Of a DNA stretch of 64,000 bases, positions 48,601 to 57,425 are shown in pieces. The position numbers and the translations under genes were made by a program. Location of the stretch: NCBI GenBank assembly GCA_963677495.2, contig CAXXOU010000001.1:512001-576000 (forward strand). Reading direction: 5' to 3'. This stretch comes from Candidatus Cloacimonadales bacterium. GTDB taxonomy: Bacteria; Cloacimonadota; Cloacimonadia; Cloacimonadales; JAFGVF01. Numbering within the stretch: position 1 is the first letter of the stretch; each line of letters opens with the position of its first letter. A model generated the notes under the pieces. The model made no database searches. It saw nothing but the letters and a program-made list of their open reading frames with translations, and had not been told where the DNA came from.

Positions 48601-50144
48601 GTGTCACCTTCACCGGTAACAGGGATGTTTTGTGTTGTACGAGTTGTATTATCTACAATTACGATAACATCATTTAATGCACCGCCAACTGTTGGTGAGA
48701 ATTCAACATCGAATGATGCATTAACACCAACACCAAGTGTAAGTGGATAAGTATTAGCATCAACAACTGTGAAGTCTGTACCTGTTTGCATTGCAATTGG
48801 TGTACTAATAACTAAGTCTGCACCACCCATATTAGTGATAGTAAATGTCTGAGTAGCAGTATCTCCAAGAAGAGTTAAACCATAGTCCCATGATTCATTA
48901 TCAATTGAGAATACAGGCACAGTAGGAACAGCTGCAAATTCCATTCTAATGTTAGGAATTGAGCTTTGGAGATAATTTGCTGCAGGTGGTGTTGCAGGAT
49001 CCGGGTTAGTGCTGTCACTACGATAAGCTAATGACTGAGCTGTTGCAGTTGCTGAGCAGAAGAATTCATCACTTGAGCTATCATAGCCACCAAGGTTTTC
49101 TTCAACAGCAATTACTAAGTTATCAACGTTGTTATAAACGAAAGGCATATCTAAAACAAATTCAATCCAGCCATCGCTATCAGGAAATGGATCAAGAGTT
49201 ACTGAACATACTTGAGTTAAGTTTGCTAATGGAATCCAATCTGAAGTTGTAGCAAACTCTGTGTTTGCTGTATGTCCCATATAGATAACCCAGTCAGTAG
49301 AAGCACTAAGATCTGTAGCACCATTATAATGATACCAAATCTTCTCTATTCTCTCACCAGTTCTATCAATGTCAGCTTGATAGTAAATTGATTGTGTATA
49401 ACTGTATCCATAATATGGTTCTATTGGAAGTGCCTGATTGGTGAGTGCTTCAAAGCCAATCTCAACAATATTTGCACCTAATTCTGTTGTATATGAATAA
49501 ACAGGGTTAGCCCACTCTAATCTTGTTAGAGTATTTTTCGAAACAACCTGCCAGTAATAAGTTGTATTTGTTGTAAGTCTACCAGGTGTATATGAACCTT
49601 GAGTACCTTCAGCACCGGCAACACCATCTGTTACTACTTGAGTTACAGGTGGGTTCACAGTATCAAAATAAAGGTCATAAGTTTCTGTTAAAGCACCCCA
49701 GTTCCATGTAACAGATGCATTTGTAGCAATAGCGCCGGCGCCATCTGCAGGAACAGCATCAGTAATTTCACCAGGTGTATTTGCATTATAATTCACAACT
49801 ATTGGAGTTGTGATACTTGCAGGTGTAGAACCACCAATTCCTGATTCAGCAATGTTAGCACCGAGATGGTCATATATAGTATATTCATTCTCAGAAGACC
49901 AACTACCTGCTGTATATGTAGTAGTGATTTCGTCACCGTTAACAACATCAAAGTTGTGTGATTCCGGTCCGTTACCTGAAGCAACTGTCAAACCGGTTAA
50001 TACGGCAGATCCGTTGACAAGGATGTCAAGAGAACCACCATTCCAACCATCTCCATAAGTATCATACAGCTCAACAGAGAATGTAAAAGCTGATAATGAT
50101 ACAACACAGATGATAAGTGATAATAAAATTAATATTCTTTTCAT
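45615..50144 (-). CDS. Large secreted FN3-repeat/MAM-like adhesin-like protein lacking the FlgD CTD (paralogue of 4957 and 51555)
   Basis: Signal peptide from MKRILI; six 'YYW.V' repeats; shared 'NYGGDG.LYGGYYFAN' domain; ends 'ITWVEYIEPTPEPEKKK'. Confidence 0.85.
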   Translation of the reverse strand: MKRILILLSLIICVVSLSAFTFSVELYDTYGDGWNGGSLDILVNGSAVLTGLTVASGNGPESHNFDVVNGDEITTTYTAGSWSSENEYTIYDHLGANIAESGIGGSTPASITTPIVVNYNANTPGEITDAVPADGAGAIATNASVTWNWGALTETYDLYFDTVNPPVTQVVTDGVAGAEGTQGSYTPGRLTTNTTYYWQVVSKNTLTRLEWANPVYSYTTELGANIVEIGFEALTNQALPIEPYYGYSYTQSIYYQADIDRTGERIEKIWYHYNGATDLSASTDWVIYMGHTANTEFATTSDWIPLANLTQVCSVTLDPFPDSDGWIEFVLDMPFVYNNVDNLVIAVEENLGGYDSSSDEFFCSATATAQSLAYRSDSTNPDPATPPAANYLQSSIPNIRMEFAAVPTVPVFSIDNESWDYGLTLLGDTATQTFTITNMGGADLVISTPIAMQTGTDFTVVDANTYPLTLGVGVNASFDVEFSPTVGGALNDVIVIVDNTTRTTQNIPVTGEGDTSTPDPVTIVAPADAAVDQPSGGTLEWNASALADGYDLYFGTDNPPTDMVNGTDLGDVLTYTYSGLASGTTYYWQVVPYNFNGDATGAAVWSFTTTANPPSPVALIAPADAAIDQPLYLELSWATDALAGGYKISVGTDNPPTDVVRDYDNGVATTYDVMALAGGTTYYWQVIPYNAAGDAENCPVWSFTTYTTQTNTTFPYTQSFDTDTLPTGWLIDPVVSGDSWEIGNSELGGHGATAEHTGNSGYMMVIDDSSPETVPAHLYSELMDLTGLTAPMLGLYYWIGDSSNTSELHIDIYSGSTMNQSVAVLTNPAGAATDGWMYAEVDLAAYIGQTIQIDFRAMESTSFYGDISIDDINIFDDIAPPAAATAVAPVDGALDQLPDGNLEWTAAFNADGYDLYFGIDNPPTTIVNGDDQGTALTYAYSGLDPLTMYYWQVVPYNQNGSTANCPVWSFTTVGTNPGTASVVNPLDGAVDQDFGVTLEWTAATIADGYYVNFGTDNPPTNILNMYDNGVDLTTDVSGLAGGTTYYWEVIPYNANGNASGYATWSFTTYASTPGEIAMTTPADLATGVSEYTTFQWISDVWADGYNLYVSDDNVNFTMTDVGNVTGVTLTSPLGYETMYYWYVTGYNINGEGNPPAANYSFTTQSNPNYGGDGTLYGGYYFANSTVDGNGLGYQPTFDWVDISATGSTPTYTSADDGYMEVPIGFTFNYFGNDYDMIYIGTNGYCMFTSPTGSTAGGMSIPNAGSPNDVIALAGMDLHTANVPSVPYYGLDANGNFVYTVEMWNDYGDANEYMDMQLILYPDGRIKIQYQNYFNADTESGTSTIQGDACIGIENIDGTIGIQYRNNGVGGPMLDDMAVAFATTEAGLGEPSTGLDAPTNLVLNYNGVSGLMELSWDAVTGATMYDVYAGTTPDFVVGPASFLSTWPTNMATMDPTMLPGNHYFAKIIATDGVVRDTPVAVNTFSIRTNPLRNITWVEYIEPTPEPEKKK

Positions 50145-50241
50145 ATTGGATAACTCCATATATTAAAGTTAGAAAGCATTTGTTATGTACATACGATAGA
50201 ATACAAAACCCCTGTTCCGTATTCTAATTAGAATTCGAATT

Positions 50242-50377
50242 TCTCCTTGTAGTCCTGATGCAAAATATTATTGCACCACCCTGATAATTAATCCTTTCGT
50301 TGTCTCTCGAGCCGTGTGGTTATGTGGATGTGTTTTGGTGTGTTTGGCTCTTCAAAACAACTATTTCAGATCTTATT
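50242..50377 (-). promoter_or_regulatory. Conserved structured 5' leader, copy A (candidate cis-regulatory RNA)
   Basis: Shares ordered motifs and covarying stems with 55936-56065; TTGACA upstream at about 50509-50514 (minus strand). Confidence 0.55.
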
Positions 50378-50684
50378 TCTTGGAGCGTTTCCTATCGCTC
50401 CAGTTAGAAATCTACCTTCTTTTAATCATGCTTTAGCAACATTCGTCCTACCTCCTGTTAACTAAAAAGCATGGATACAATGCTAATTTGGAATCATATC
50501 AAAATATCTGTCAAGAGTTTTTTCTCTTTCTCCAATCTTAGATTCCTGTTTGACAGCTTCCACTATACTCCTATTTATCTGAAACAATTCGTTTTGTGAG
50601 TTGTATTCATAAATTACTATTTTCCAAATCAAGTACATAACAATGACCCCTCTTCTAAAAATCTATCCAACAAATCGCAGTCAT

Positions 50685-50778
50685 CCCACTGTTCTCCCAC
50701 TGTGCACGCACTGTGAACCCAGTGAAACAGTGGGTTGGCAGTGCCTTCACAGTGCGTGCACAGTGCAAATACAGTGCG
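50685..50778. repeat. Convergent 11-bp-period array (CACTG/CAGTG family)
   Basis: CACTG at 50687/50698/50709 and CAGTG at 50728/50739/50750/50761/50772. Confidence 0.85.
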
Positions 50779-50826
50779 TTGATTGATAGCGCAGTAAAAG
50801 TGAGTGTAAAGAGCAGTAAATATAGC

Positions 50827-51497
50827 TAAGTTGTTGCAAAAAGCGCTGTGTATGCCACTTTCGGACTTGCGTTGCAGCGATAGCGTGACGCGAGAACGAA
50901 ATCAGGGATTTGCGACTTCGAGGTGCATTTCAGGAAGTCCGTTGCCTTATCAGGCCGACAAACTCCCTGAAATGCCGTAAGTTGTTGCAAAAGGCACTGT
51001 CAATGTCACTCTGAGCGGAGTGAATGGAGTAGTATTCCTAATAGCTGCAAATTGTCTAACACTTCCCTCTGGGAAGCATAATAATAGCCATGTGTCCACG
51101 ACGCATGGTCCGGATTATAGATTGATACAATCCTACATGGATTGCATTGTTCCAATAACATCTCTAATAGTGCAATCCTCATCGGATTGGATGCAAGGTG
51201 ATTCAGGTCCATGGGTCGTGGACCCATTATATATTCCTATCGGAAAAAGCTGTTCTTTAGCTGGGAAACTAAAGCTATCGGAGAGATACATTCGACTGCG
51301 TTCGCAAAACTCACTTCGCTCAGTATGACAGGTCGGACTTGCACCGCAACGAAGCGTGGGGCGAGAACGAAAACATCGGATTACGACTTCGATTTCCAGA
51401 ATTAGCAAGTCACATTTCATTGCGACTCACTTCTTTTTCCAAAGTGCATTTCAGGAAGTCCGTATTCGCATTCACTCTGACAAACTCCCTGAAATGC
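50827..51497. repeat. Composite repeat mosaic with a nested imperfect palindrome of about 327 bp (REPIN/MITE-like)
   Basis: Duplicated modules at 50827/50978, 50861/51333 and 50923/51444; nested inverted repeats at 51004-51330; module B at 51399-51433. Confidence 0.75.
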
Positions 51498-51504
51498 AGT
51501 AATG

Positions 51505-51532
51505 AAAAAGGGTGACTCGATCGAGTCACCCT
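51505..51532 (-). terminator. Terminator after the 51555 gene
   Basis: aaaaagggtgactcgatcgagtcaccct, a perfect palindrome with an A-tract. Confidence 0.75.
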
Positions 51533-51554
51533 ATATATTTTAGTTTATATTAAC

Positions 51555-54500
51555 CTATTTCTTCTTCTCAACTTCCGGAGTAGGCTCAATGTACTCTACC
51601 CAAGTAATAGTTCTTAATGAACGTCTTACTGAGAAAGTAGAAGGAGCACTTACAACTGTGCGAGATGGAGCTTCGTCAGTAGCTGTTACTTTAGCGAATC
51701 TGTAGTTGCCATCAAATGTAGTAGCAGGAACAGAAGCTGTAGTTTCAGTAACAATTCCGATTAAGGTATTCACATCGCATGTGAAATCAGGAGTAGTACC
51801 AACATAAACGTTGTAAGCAGTAGCACCTGTTACAGCATCCCAGTTAAGTACAAGGTCACCTGCAAGATATTCAAGTGTGAAGTTAGCAGGAGCATCAAGA
51901 ACAACAGGACCTGAGCCATCTGCAAGAGCTTCAGCAGATGTTGCAAAAGCAACTGCCATATCGTCAAGCATTGGACCACCAACACCATTGTTTCTATACT
52001 GAATACCTACTGTACCATCAGCGTTCTCGATACCGATACAAGCATCACCTTGGATAGTTGAAGTACCTGATTCTGTACCACCATTTGAGTAGTTACGATA
52101 TTGGATTTTAATTCTGCCATTTGTATAAATGATAACCTGCATGTCCATGAACTCATCATAGTCAGAATAGTCATTCCACTGTTCAACAGTATAAACGAAG
52201 TTACCATCTACATCGTATCCATAGAAAGGATTAGTAGTAGCAACCTGAGTAGTATGCATATCCATAGCTGAAAGTGCAATTACATCGTTTGGTGTTCCAG
52301 ATGCAGGAATTGACATTGAGCCACCTGTTGAGCCAACAGGACTTGAGAACATAACGTAACCATTTGTTCCAAGGTAGATCTGTGTGTAATCATTACCAAA
52401 GTAGTTGAATGTGAAGTTTAAATCAACAGTAGCATAACCATCATCAGCGCTTGTATATGTTGGAGCATTTGCTTCAACCACATCAACCCAACTGAATGTA
52501 GGTTGATAGCCTAAACCATTACCATCTGGTACACTATTTGCGAAGTAGTAACCACCATAAAGTGTACCGTCTCCACCGTAGTTTGGATTAGATTGTGTTG
52601 TGAAAGTTCTGATAGCATCAGGAGCAACACCTTCACCATTTCTGTTATAACCGGTTACATACCAGTAATATTGAGTCTCATAGTTAAGAGCTGTTGTAAG
52701 TGTAACAGCAGTTACAACACCAACATCAGTTTGAACATAGTTTTCACCATCATCACTAATGTAAAGGTTGTAGCCATCTGCCCATACATCACTATACCAT
52801 GATAAAGTTGGATATTCGCTTACACCTTCAGCTGCATCTGCAGGATTGTTGTATGTTATAGCTTCAGGAGCAGCAGCATAAGTTGTAAAGCTCCAAACAG
52901 GGCAATCAGTAGCATTACCGTTTGCATTGTAAGGAATTACCTGCCAGTAATATGTAGTTGCACCACTAAGTTCAACTGCATCATATGTAGTAGCTGTACC
53001 CATGTCTGTCATGTCTTCAACATCTGTAGGTGGATTATCAGTACCAAAGTTAAGATAATAACCATCAGCAACTGCATCAGTATTCCATTCAAGAGTTAAG
53101 TTGAAGTCTTGATCAATAGCTTCATCTGCAGGAGATACTAAAGCTACAGGAGCAGGAGGAGTTGCGTTAGTTGTGAAACTCCAAACAGGGCAATCTACAG
53201 CACTACCATTAGCGTTGTAAGGTACAACCTGCCAGTAATAAGTAGCACCACCGGTAAGAGCACTGTAAGCATAAGTTGTTACGTTACCTTGATCAGCACC
53301 GTTAACGATATCTGTTGGTGGGTTATCAGAACCGAAGTATAAGTCATAACCATCAGCAAATGGAACAGCATTCCATTCAAGTGTTCCTTCTGTAAGCTGT
53401 TCAGTAGCTGCATCAACTGGTGCAACAACAGTAGCTACTGCAGGAGGATTTACGTTGTTAAAAATCTCAACGTCATCAATTGAAAGGTCTCCAAAATAAC
53501 TTGAAGATTCCATTGCTCTAAAATCGAAGCTAACAGTTTGACCTGCAAACGCTGTTAAAGAAACAACACCTTGCTGCCAACCTAAGTCACCATCTGCATC
53601 AGTGAATACTGCAACAGATTCAGTAGTTACTTCGCCATTGATTACATCAATGTGTAATTCAGAAGTGTTAGAATTATCACCAATCCAATACCAGAATGAC
53701 ATTACAGGAGAAGTAAGACCTGCAAAATTAAAGTCTGGAGTATAAAGGTGTGCCGGAACTGTTTCAGGTGATGAGTCATCAAGAACCATCATGTAACCAC
53801 TGTTACCTGTATGATCAGATGTTGCACCGTGTCCACCGGCTTCATTGTTTGCTACTTCCCAACCATTGCTACTTGCATCAGGATCAGCTACCCACTCTAG
53901 TGGTAAGTCGGCAGTATCAAATGATTCAGTATATGGGAAAACAGAAACTATTGGATCAAATCCTTCACCTTGAACTGGAATGTTACGTGTAGTTCTTGTA
54001 ATATTATCAATAATAACAATATTATCATTAACAACGCCGACTGATGTTGCATTGAAAGTAACATCAAAGCTCGCAGACATTGTTGAAGGAATTGTTAAAG
54101 GATATGTATTGGCATCTGTAAGTGTGAAGTTAGCACCTGTTTCTAAAGCGATAGGATCGTTTATAACAAGATCAGCACCACCATTATTAGTAATAGTGAA
54201 AATTTGTGCATCACTATCTGCATTCACATAAACCATACCAAAGTTATAAGATTCTGGATTAATAGAGAACTCAGGCATTTCAGGAACATCACCGAATTCC
54301 ATTCTAATGTTTGGGATATATGCTTTCAAAGTTCCTGATGGAGGATCAGATGGATCAGGATTATTACTATCATTACGGTAAGTAATAGATCTGTTTCCAA
54401 CTACAGAAGTACAGAAGAACTCGTCTGAGCTTGAATCATAGCTTGATTGGTTTTCCTCAACAGCAATAACTAAATTATCAACATTGTTATAAGTAAATGG

Positions 54501-55856
54501 TGAGTCTAAAACAAGCTCAATCCAAGAATCTTCTGTTGGAATCGGATCAAGTGTTTGAGCATAAACCTGAGTTAACTGTTCTGCAGGTAACCAAGCATCT
54601 GTAGTGCCAAACTCTTCCAGATTAGTATGAGCCATGTAGATAACCCATTCAGAGCTACTATCAAGATTGGAAGCACCATTGTAATGGAACCAAATCTTCT
54701 CAATTCTTTGGTCAGCCATATCTATTTCACTTTGTAAATAGATACTCTGAGTGTAAGTATAACCATAGAATGGTTCAATTGGAAGACCCTGATTTGTTTC
54801 AGCTCCGGTACCAATAGAAACAATGTTATCACTCAATACTGTTGTGAATGAATAAGTTTCTTCAGTATCATTGGCAGCATTAGAGTTCTTTGAAACCACT
54901 TTCCAGTAGTAAGTTGTACTTTGAGCTAAACGACCTGGGTTATAAGCACCTGAACCGTTAACAGTACCATCAGTAACAACTTGTACCACAGGTGGATTTA
55001 CAGAGTCAAAGTAAAGATCATATGTTTCTGCTAATGTATCGAAATCCCAGCTAATCTGAGTATTAACTGGTTGATCTGTAGCACCATTTAAAGGTAAAGC
55101 ATTAGTAACTTCTCCTGGTGTCATATCAATATCAAAACTGTATACAGCACTAGCAGCTTGTAAACGAGCTGATGAATTTTTAGCAACGACATACCAATAA
55201 TATGTACCTTCACTAAGAGCACTATCCGGGATATAATTACCAGCAGTACCTTCTTCACCGGCTGTTCCATCTGTAACAACCTGTGTTACAGGAGGGTTGA
55301 CAGTGTCGAAATAGAGATCATAAGTTTCTGTTAATGCTCCAAATGTCCAGCTAAGTTCAGGAGACAAAGTTGTAACAGTAAATGCATCTGTAGGAAGCAT
55401 GTTAGAAACAGCTGTTGGTGCAGCAGGGTTATCAATAACTGCAGTCATGTCAATCTGATAATTACCTTCATTTGAGCCGTAACCTTCAACTATTACATAA
55501 TAATCTGTATTAGCATCTAAAGTTAGGTCATAAAGTGCTGAACGGTTACCAATTGCATCATCATTATAATGTAACATAGTAGTTTGGTCAGCTGCATAAA
55601 CATGTAAATATGTATCGAAGCTTGATTCTCCAAGAGAGATATCAAGATCTGTAATAGCAAATGGAGAGTTAATTCTGTAGAAAGCATCAGCACTTGCATT
55701 TTCGATTGTATTAGTCAAAGTGTTTGTATCACCTGTATCAGTGTATGGGAAATCAGTATCTGTTACTAAAACTGCAGTAGCAAAGTCATCTCCGCCAATT
55801 GCAAATAATCCCACTGATAATACAGCTAACATCATGATTAAAATCATTTTTCTCAT
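51555..55856 (-). CDS. Large secreted FN3-repeat adhesin-like protein lacking the FlgD CTD (tandem paralogue of 45615)
   Basis: Signal peptide from MRKMIL; PPC-like 'FDTYLHVY...NDD' N-terminal domain; 'YYWQV' repeats; ends 'ITWVEYIEPTPEVEKKK'. Confidence 0.85.
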   Translation of the reverse strand: MRKMILIMMLAVLSVGLFAIGGDDFATAVLVTDTDFPYTDTGDTNTLTNTIENASADAFYRINSPFAITDLDISLGESSFDTYLHVYAADQTTMLHYNDDAIGNRSALYDLTLDANTDYYVIVEGYGSNEGNYQIDMTAVIDNPAAPTAVSNMLPTDAFTVTTLSPELSWTFGALTETYDLYFDTVNPPVTQVVTDGTAGEEGTAGNYIPDSALSEGTYYWYVVAKNSSARLQAASAVYSFDIDMTPGEVTNALPLNGATDQPVNTQISWDFDTLAETYDLYFDSVNPPVVQVVTDGTVNGSGAYNPGRLAQSTTYYWKVVSKNSNAANDTEETYSFTTVLSDNIVSIGTGAETNQGLPIEPFYGYTYTQSIYLQSEIDMADQRIEKIWFHYNGASNLDSSSEWVIYMAHTNLEEFGTTDAWLPAEQLTQVYAQTLDPIPTEDSWIELVLDSPFTYNNVDNLVIAVEENQSSYDSSSDEFFCTSVVGNRSITYRNDSNNPDPSDPPSGTLKAYIPNIRMEFGDVPEMPEFSINPESYNFGMVYVNADSDAQIFTITNNGGADLVINDPIALETGANFTLTDANTYPLTIPSTMSASFDVTFNATSVGVVNDNIVIIDNITRTTRNIPVQGEGFDPIVSVFPYTESFDTADLPLEWVADPDASSNGWEVANNEAGGHGATSDHTGNSGYMMVLDDSSPETVPAHLYTPDFNFAGLTSPVMSFWYWIGDNSNTSELHIDVINGEVTTESVAVFTDADGDLGWQQGVVSLTAFAGQTVSFDFRAMESSSYFGDLSIDDVEIFNNVNPPAVATVVAPVDAATEQLTEGTLEWNAVPFADGYDLYFGSDNPPTDIVNGADQGNVTTYAYSALTGGATYYWQVVPYNANGSAVDCPVWSFTTNATPPAPVALVSPADEAIDQDFNLTLEWNTDAVADGYYLNFGTDNPPTDVEDMTDMGTATTYDAVELSGATTYYWQVIPYNANGNATDCPVWSFTTYAAAPEAITYNNPADAAEGVSEYPTLSWYSDVWADGYNLYISDDGENYVQTDVGVVTAVTLTTALNYETQYYWYVTGYNRNGEGVAPDAIRTFTTQSNPNYGGDGTLYGGYYFANSVPDGNGLGYQPTFSWVDVVEANAPTYTSADDGYATVDLNFTFNYFGNDYTQIYLGTNGYVMFSSPVGSTGGSMSIPASGTPNDVIALSAMDMHTTQVATTNPFYGYDVDGNFVYTVEQWNDYSDYDEFMDMQVIIYTNGRIKIQYRNYSNGGTESGTSTIQGDACIGIENADGTVGIQYRNNGVGGPMLDDMAVAFATSAEALADGSGPVVLDAPANFTLEYLAGDLVLNWDAVTGATAYNVYVGTTPDFTCDVNTLIGIVTETTASVPATTFDGNYRFAKVTATDEAPSRTVVSAPSTFSVRRSLRTITWVEYIEPTPEVEKKK

Positions 55857-55935
55857 AATAGATAACTCCAAATAATTAATAATTTTGGAAAATAGAGAAT
55901 CTAATCCGGTAACTACCTTATAATTTCCTCTCTAA

Positions 55936-56065
55936 TCTCCTTGTAACTTTGGTGTAAACATTTTGATACACCAATCCTGTAATTTATCTGAAAGCGCCAG
56001 AGGGGTCATGTGGGTTTGTGGATGTTTGTGGAATTATTCCCCTGACAACCATGACAGATCTTATT
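55936..56065 (-). promoter_or_regulatory. Conserved structured 5' leader, copy B
   Basis: Same motif order as 50242-50377; TTGACA at about 56174-56179 (minus strand). Confidence 0.55.
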
Positions 56066-56280
56066 AAATGGGATTTATTCGTCTTAATTGTGATGTATCT
56101 TCCTACCAAAGATTATACATCTAAATAAATATCTCCCTTAACTAACGTAAAATTTCGGCTTTTACCTAAATAGTGTCAAGAACTTTTTCCCATGTATAAT
56201 GTATTTATACAACAAATTACACTTGTAAGTAAAGAAACTGAATTGGTCTCACCTACATAACCCTCTAATAATAGATAAAT

Positions 56281-56310
56281 AAACAGGTCGGATTTAATCC
56301 GACCTGTTCT
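56281..56310. terminator. Terminator of the ECF operon
   Basis: aacaggtcggatt-t-aatccgacctgtt. Confidence 0.7.
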
Positions 56311-56357
56311 TTCTCAATAGTAATACTATTTTGAATTTATATCTGCAAGGGGGTTAC

Positions 56358-56894
56358 CTATTTATCGTCACAATCTCCGCAATCATCACCATTACAACCT
56401 CTCATACCTTTACGCATCATAGGTTTCATCTCTTTGAATTCTTGCTTCTGCTCATCTGTCAGCTTGGAATATACATCTTCCATCATCTTGATGCGACTAA
56501 GATGAATATCTCCTTTAGCTTCTGTGAGCTGTTCTGAAATCTTTGCAGCTTTCTTAAATTCAGCATCCTTCATATACTTATGCATATCCATTTCAAGGTT
56601 CTTGATTTCTGCACGCTTTAGATTAGCAGCTTTCTTATGTGTATCACGAATATCTCTAATCTCTTTTTCCTGTTTATCTGTTAACTCTAATCTGTTAATA
56701 CACATCATCATTCTGTCTCTGTGCATTCCATTATGATGCATACCAGCACCTTTCATTCCTTTGTGTTGCATCATACCACCACGGCTCATTCCACAATCTT
56801 CACCTTTCATCATTCCCTTTCTATGCATGCCTTGGGCAAACATTGATGCAACTAATACTGTCATTACGGCTATTACTAATACTATCTTTTTCAT
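56358..56894 (-). CDS. Spy/CpxP-family periplasmic protein
   Basis: Signal peptide, Met/Gly/His-rich segment, 'LELTDKQ' and 'LTDEQK' LTXXQ motifs. Confidence 0.85.
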   Translation of the reverse strand: MKKIVLVIAVMTVLVASMFAQGMHRKGMMKGEDCGMSRGGMMQHKGMKGAGMHHNGMHRDRMMMCINRLELTDKQEKEIRDIRDTHKKAANLKRAEIKNLEMDMHKYMKDAEFKKAAKISEQLTEAKGDIHLSRIKMMEDVYSKLTDEQKQEFKEMKPMMRKGMRGCNGDDCGDCDDK

Positions 56895-57424
56895 TTTATT
56901 CTCCTATGCTCTTGTTCATCTTTTCTTCCTCTATTCTTACGAGGATATCTGTTCTTTAAATGTCTCTTAAACATCTCTCTGCGCTTCTTTATCTCTTCCG
57001 GAGATGAGTTCTTTCGAACTTCAATCAACTTCTCAGAAATGCAGTTACTAAGATCTTCTGAATTTTTATTCATTACTAATTTTATGGAATCAAGCTTTGT
57101 ATAGGATGGCTCATCCTTCATAAGCTCTTTAAAGAAAGCACTTTTAAGTTCATCCATTCTATCCATATTATTTCTTAAACTTTCCGACATAAACTTATCT
57201 TTCATTCCACTCAGCATTTCATGCTCAGGACCTCTTGGACCTCTGTGACCATCAGGACCTTTATGTTTGAGTCCTCCCATGTGAGGTGGTCTTTCGAAAG
57301 GATGTGGGAATGGACGGCCTTGATGCTTAGCTATTTGAACTCCTCTAAAGATAAAAGCTGTTACAAATGCCAGGTTAAAGACCAACGATATTATCAACAA
57401 GATTCTGTATTTTCTACTAATCAT
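56891..57424 (-). CDS. Periplasmic heavy-metal-sensor/ZraP-like protein
   Basis: 'ISLVFNLAF' TM, Pro/His/Gly-rich linker, helical domain; typical position in such ECF operons. Confidence 0.65.
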   Translation of the reverse strand: MISRKYRILLIISLVFNLAFVTAFIFRGVQIAKHQGRPFPHPFERPPHMGGLKHKGPDGHRGPRGPEHEMLSGMKDKFMSESLRNNMDRMDELKSAFFKELMKDEPSYTKLDSIKLVMNKNSEDLSNCISEKLIEVRKNSSPEEIKKRREMFKRHLKNRYPRKNRGRKDEQEHRRIK

Positions 57425-57425
57425 G

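Noticed and set aside
51006..51420. Four overlapping short ORFs
   Set aside because: They lie within the nested palindrome on both strands and are best explained as by-products of GC-richer repeat DNA
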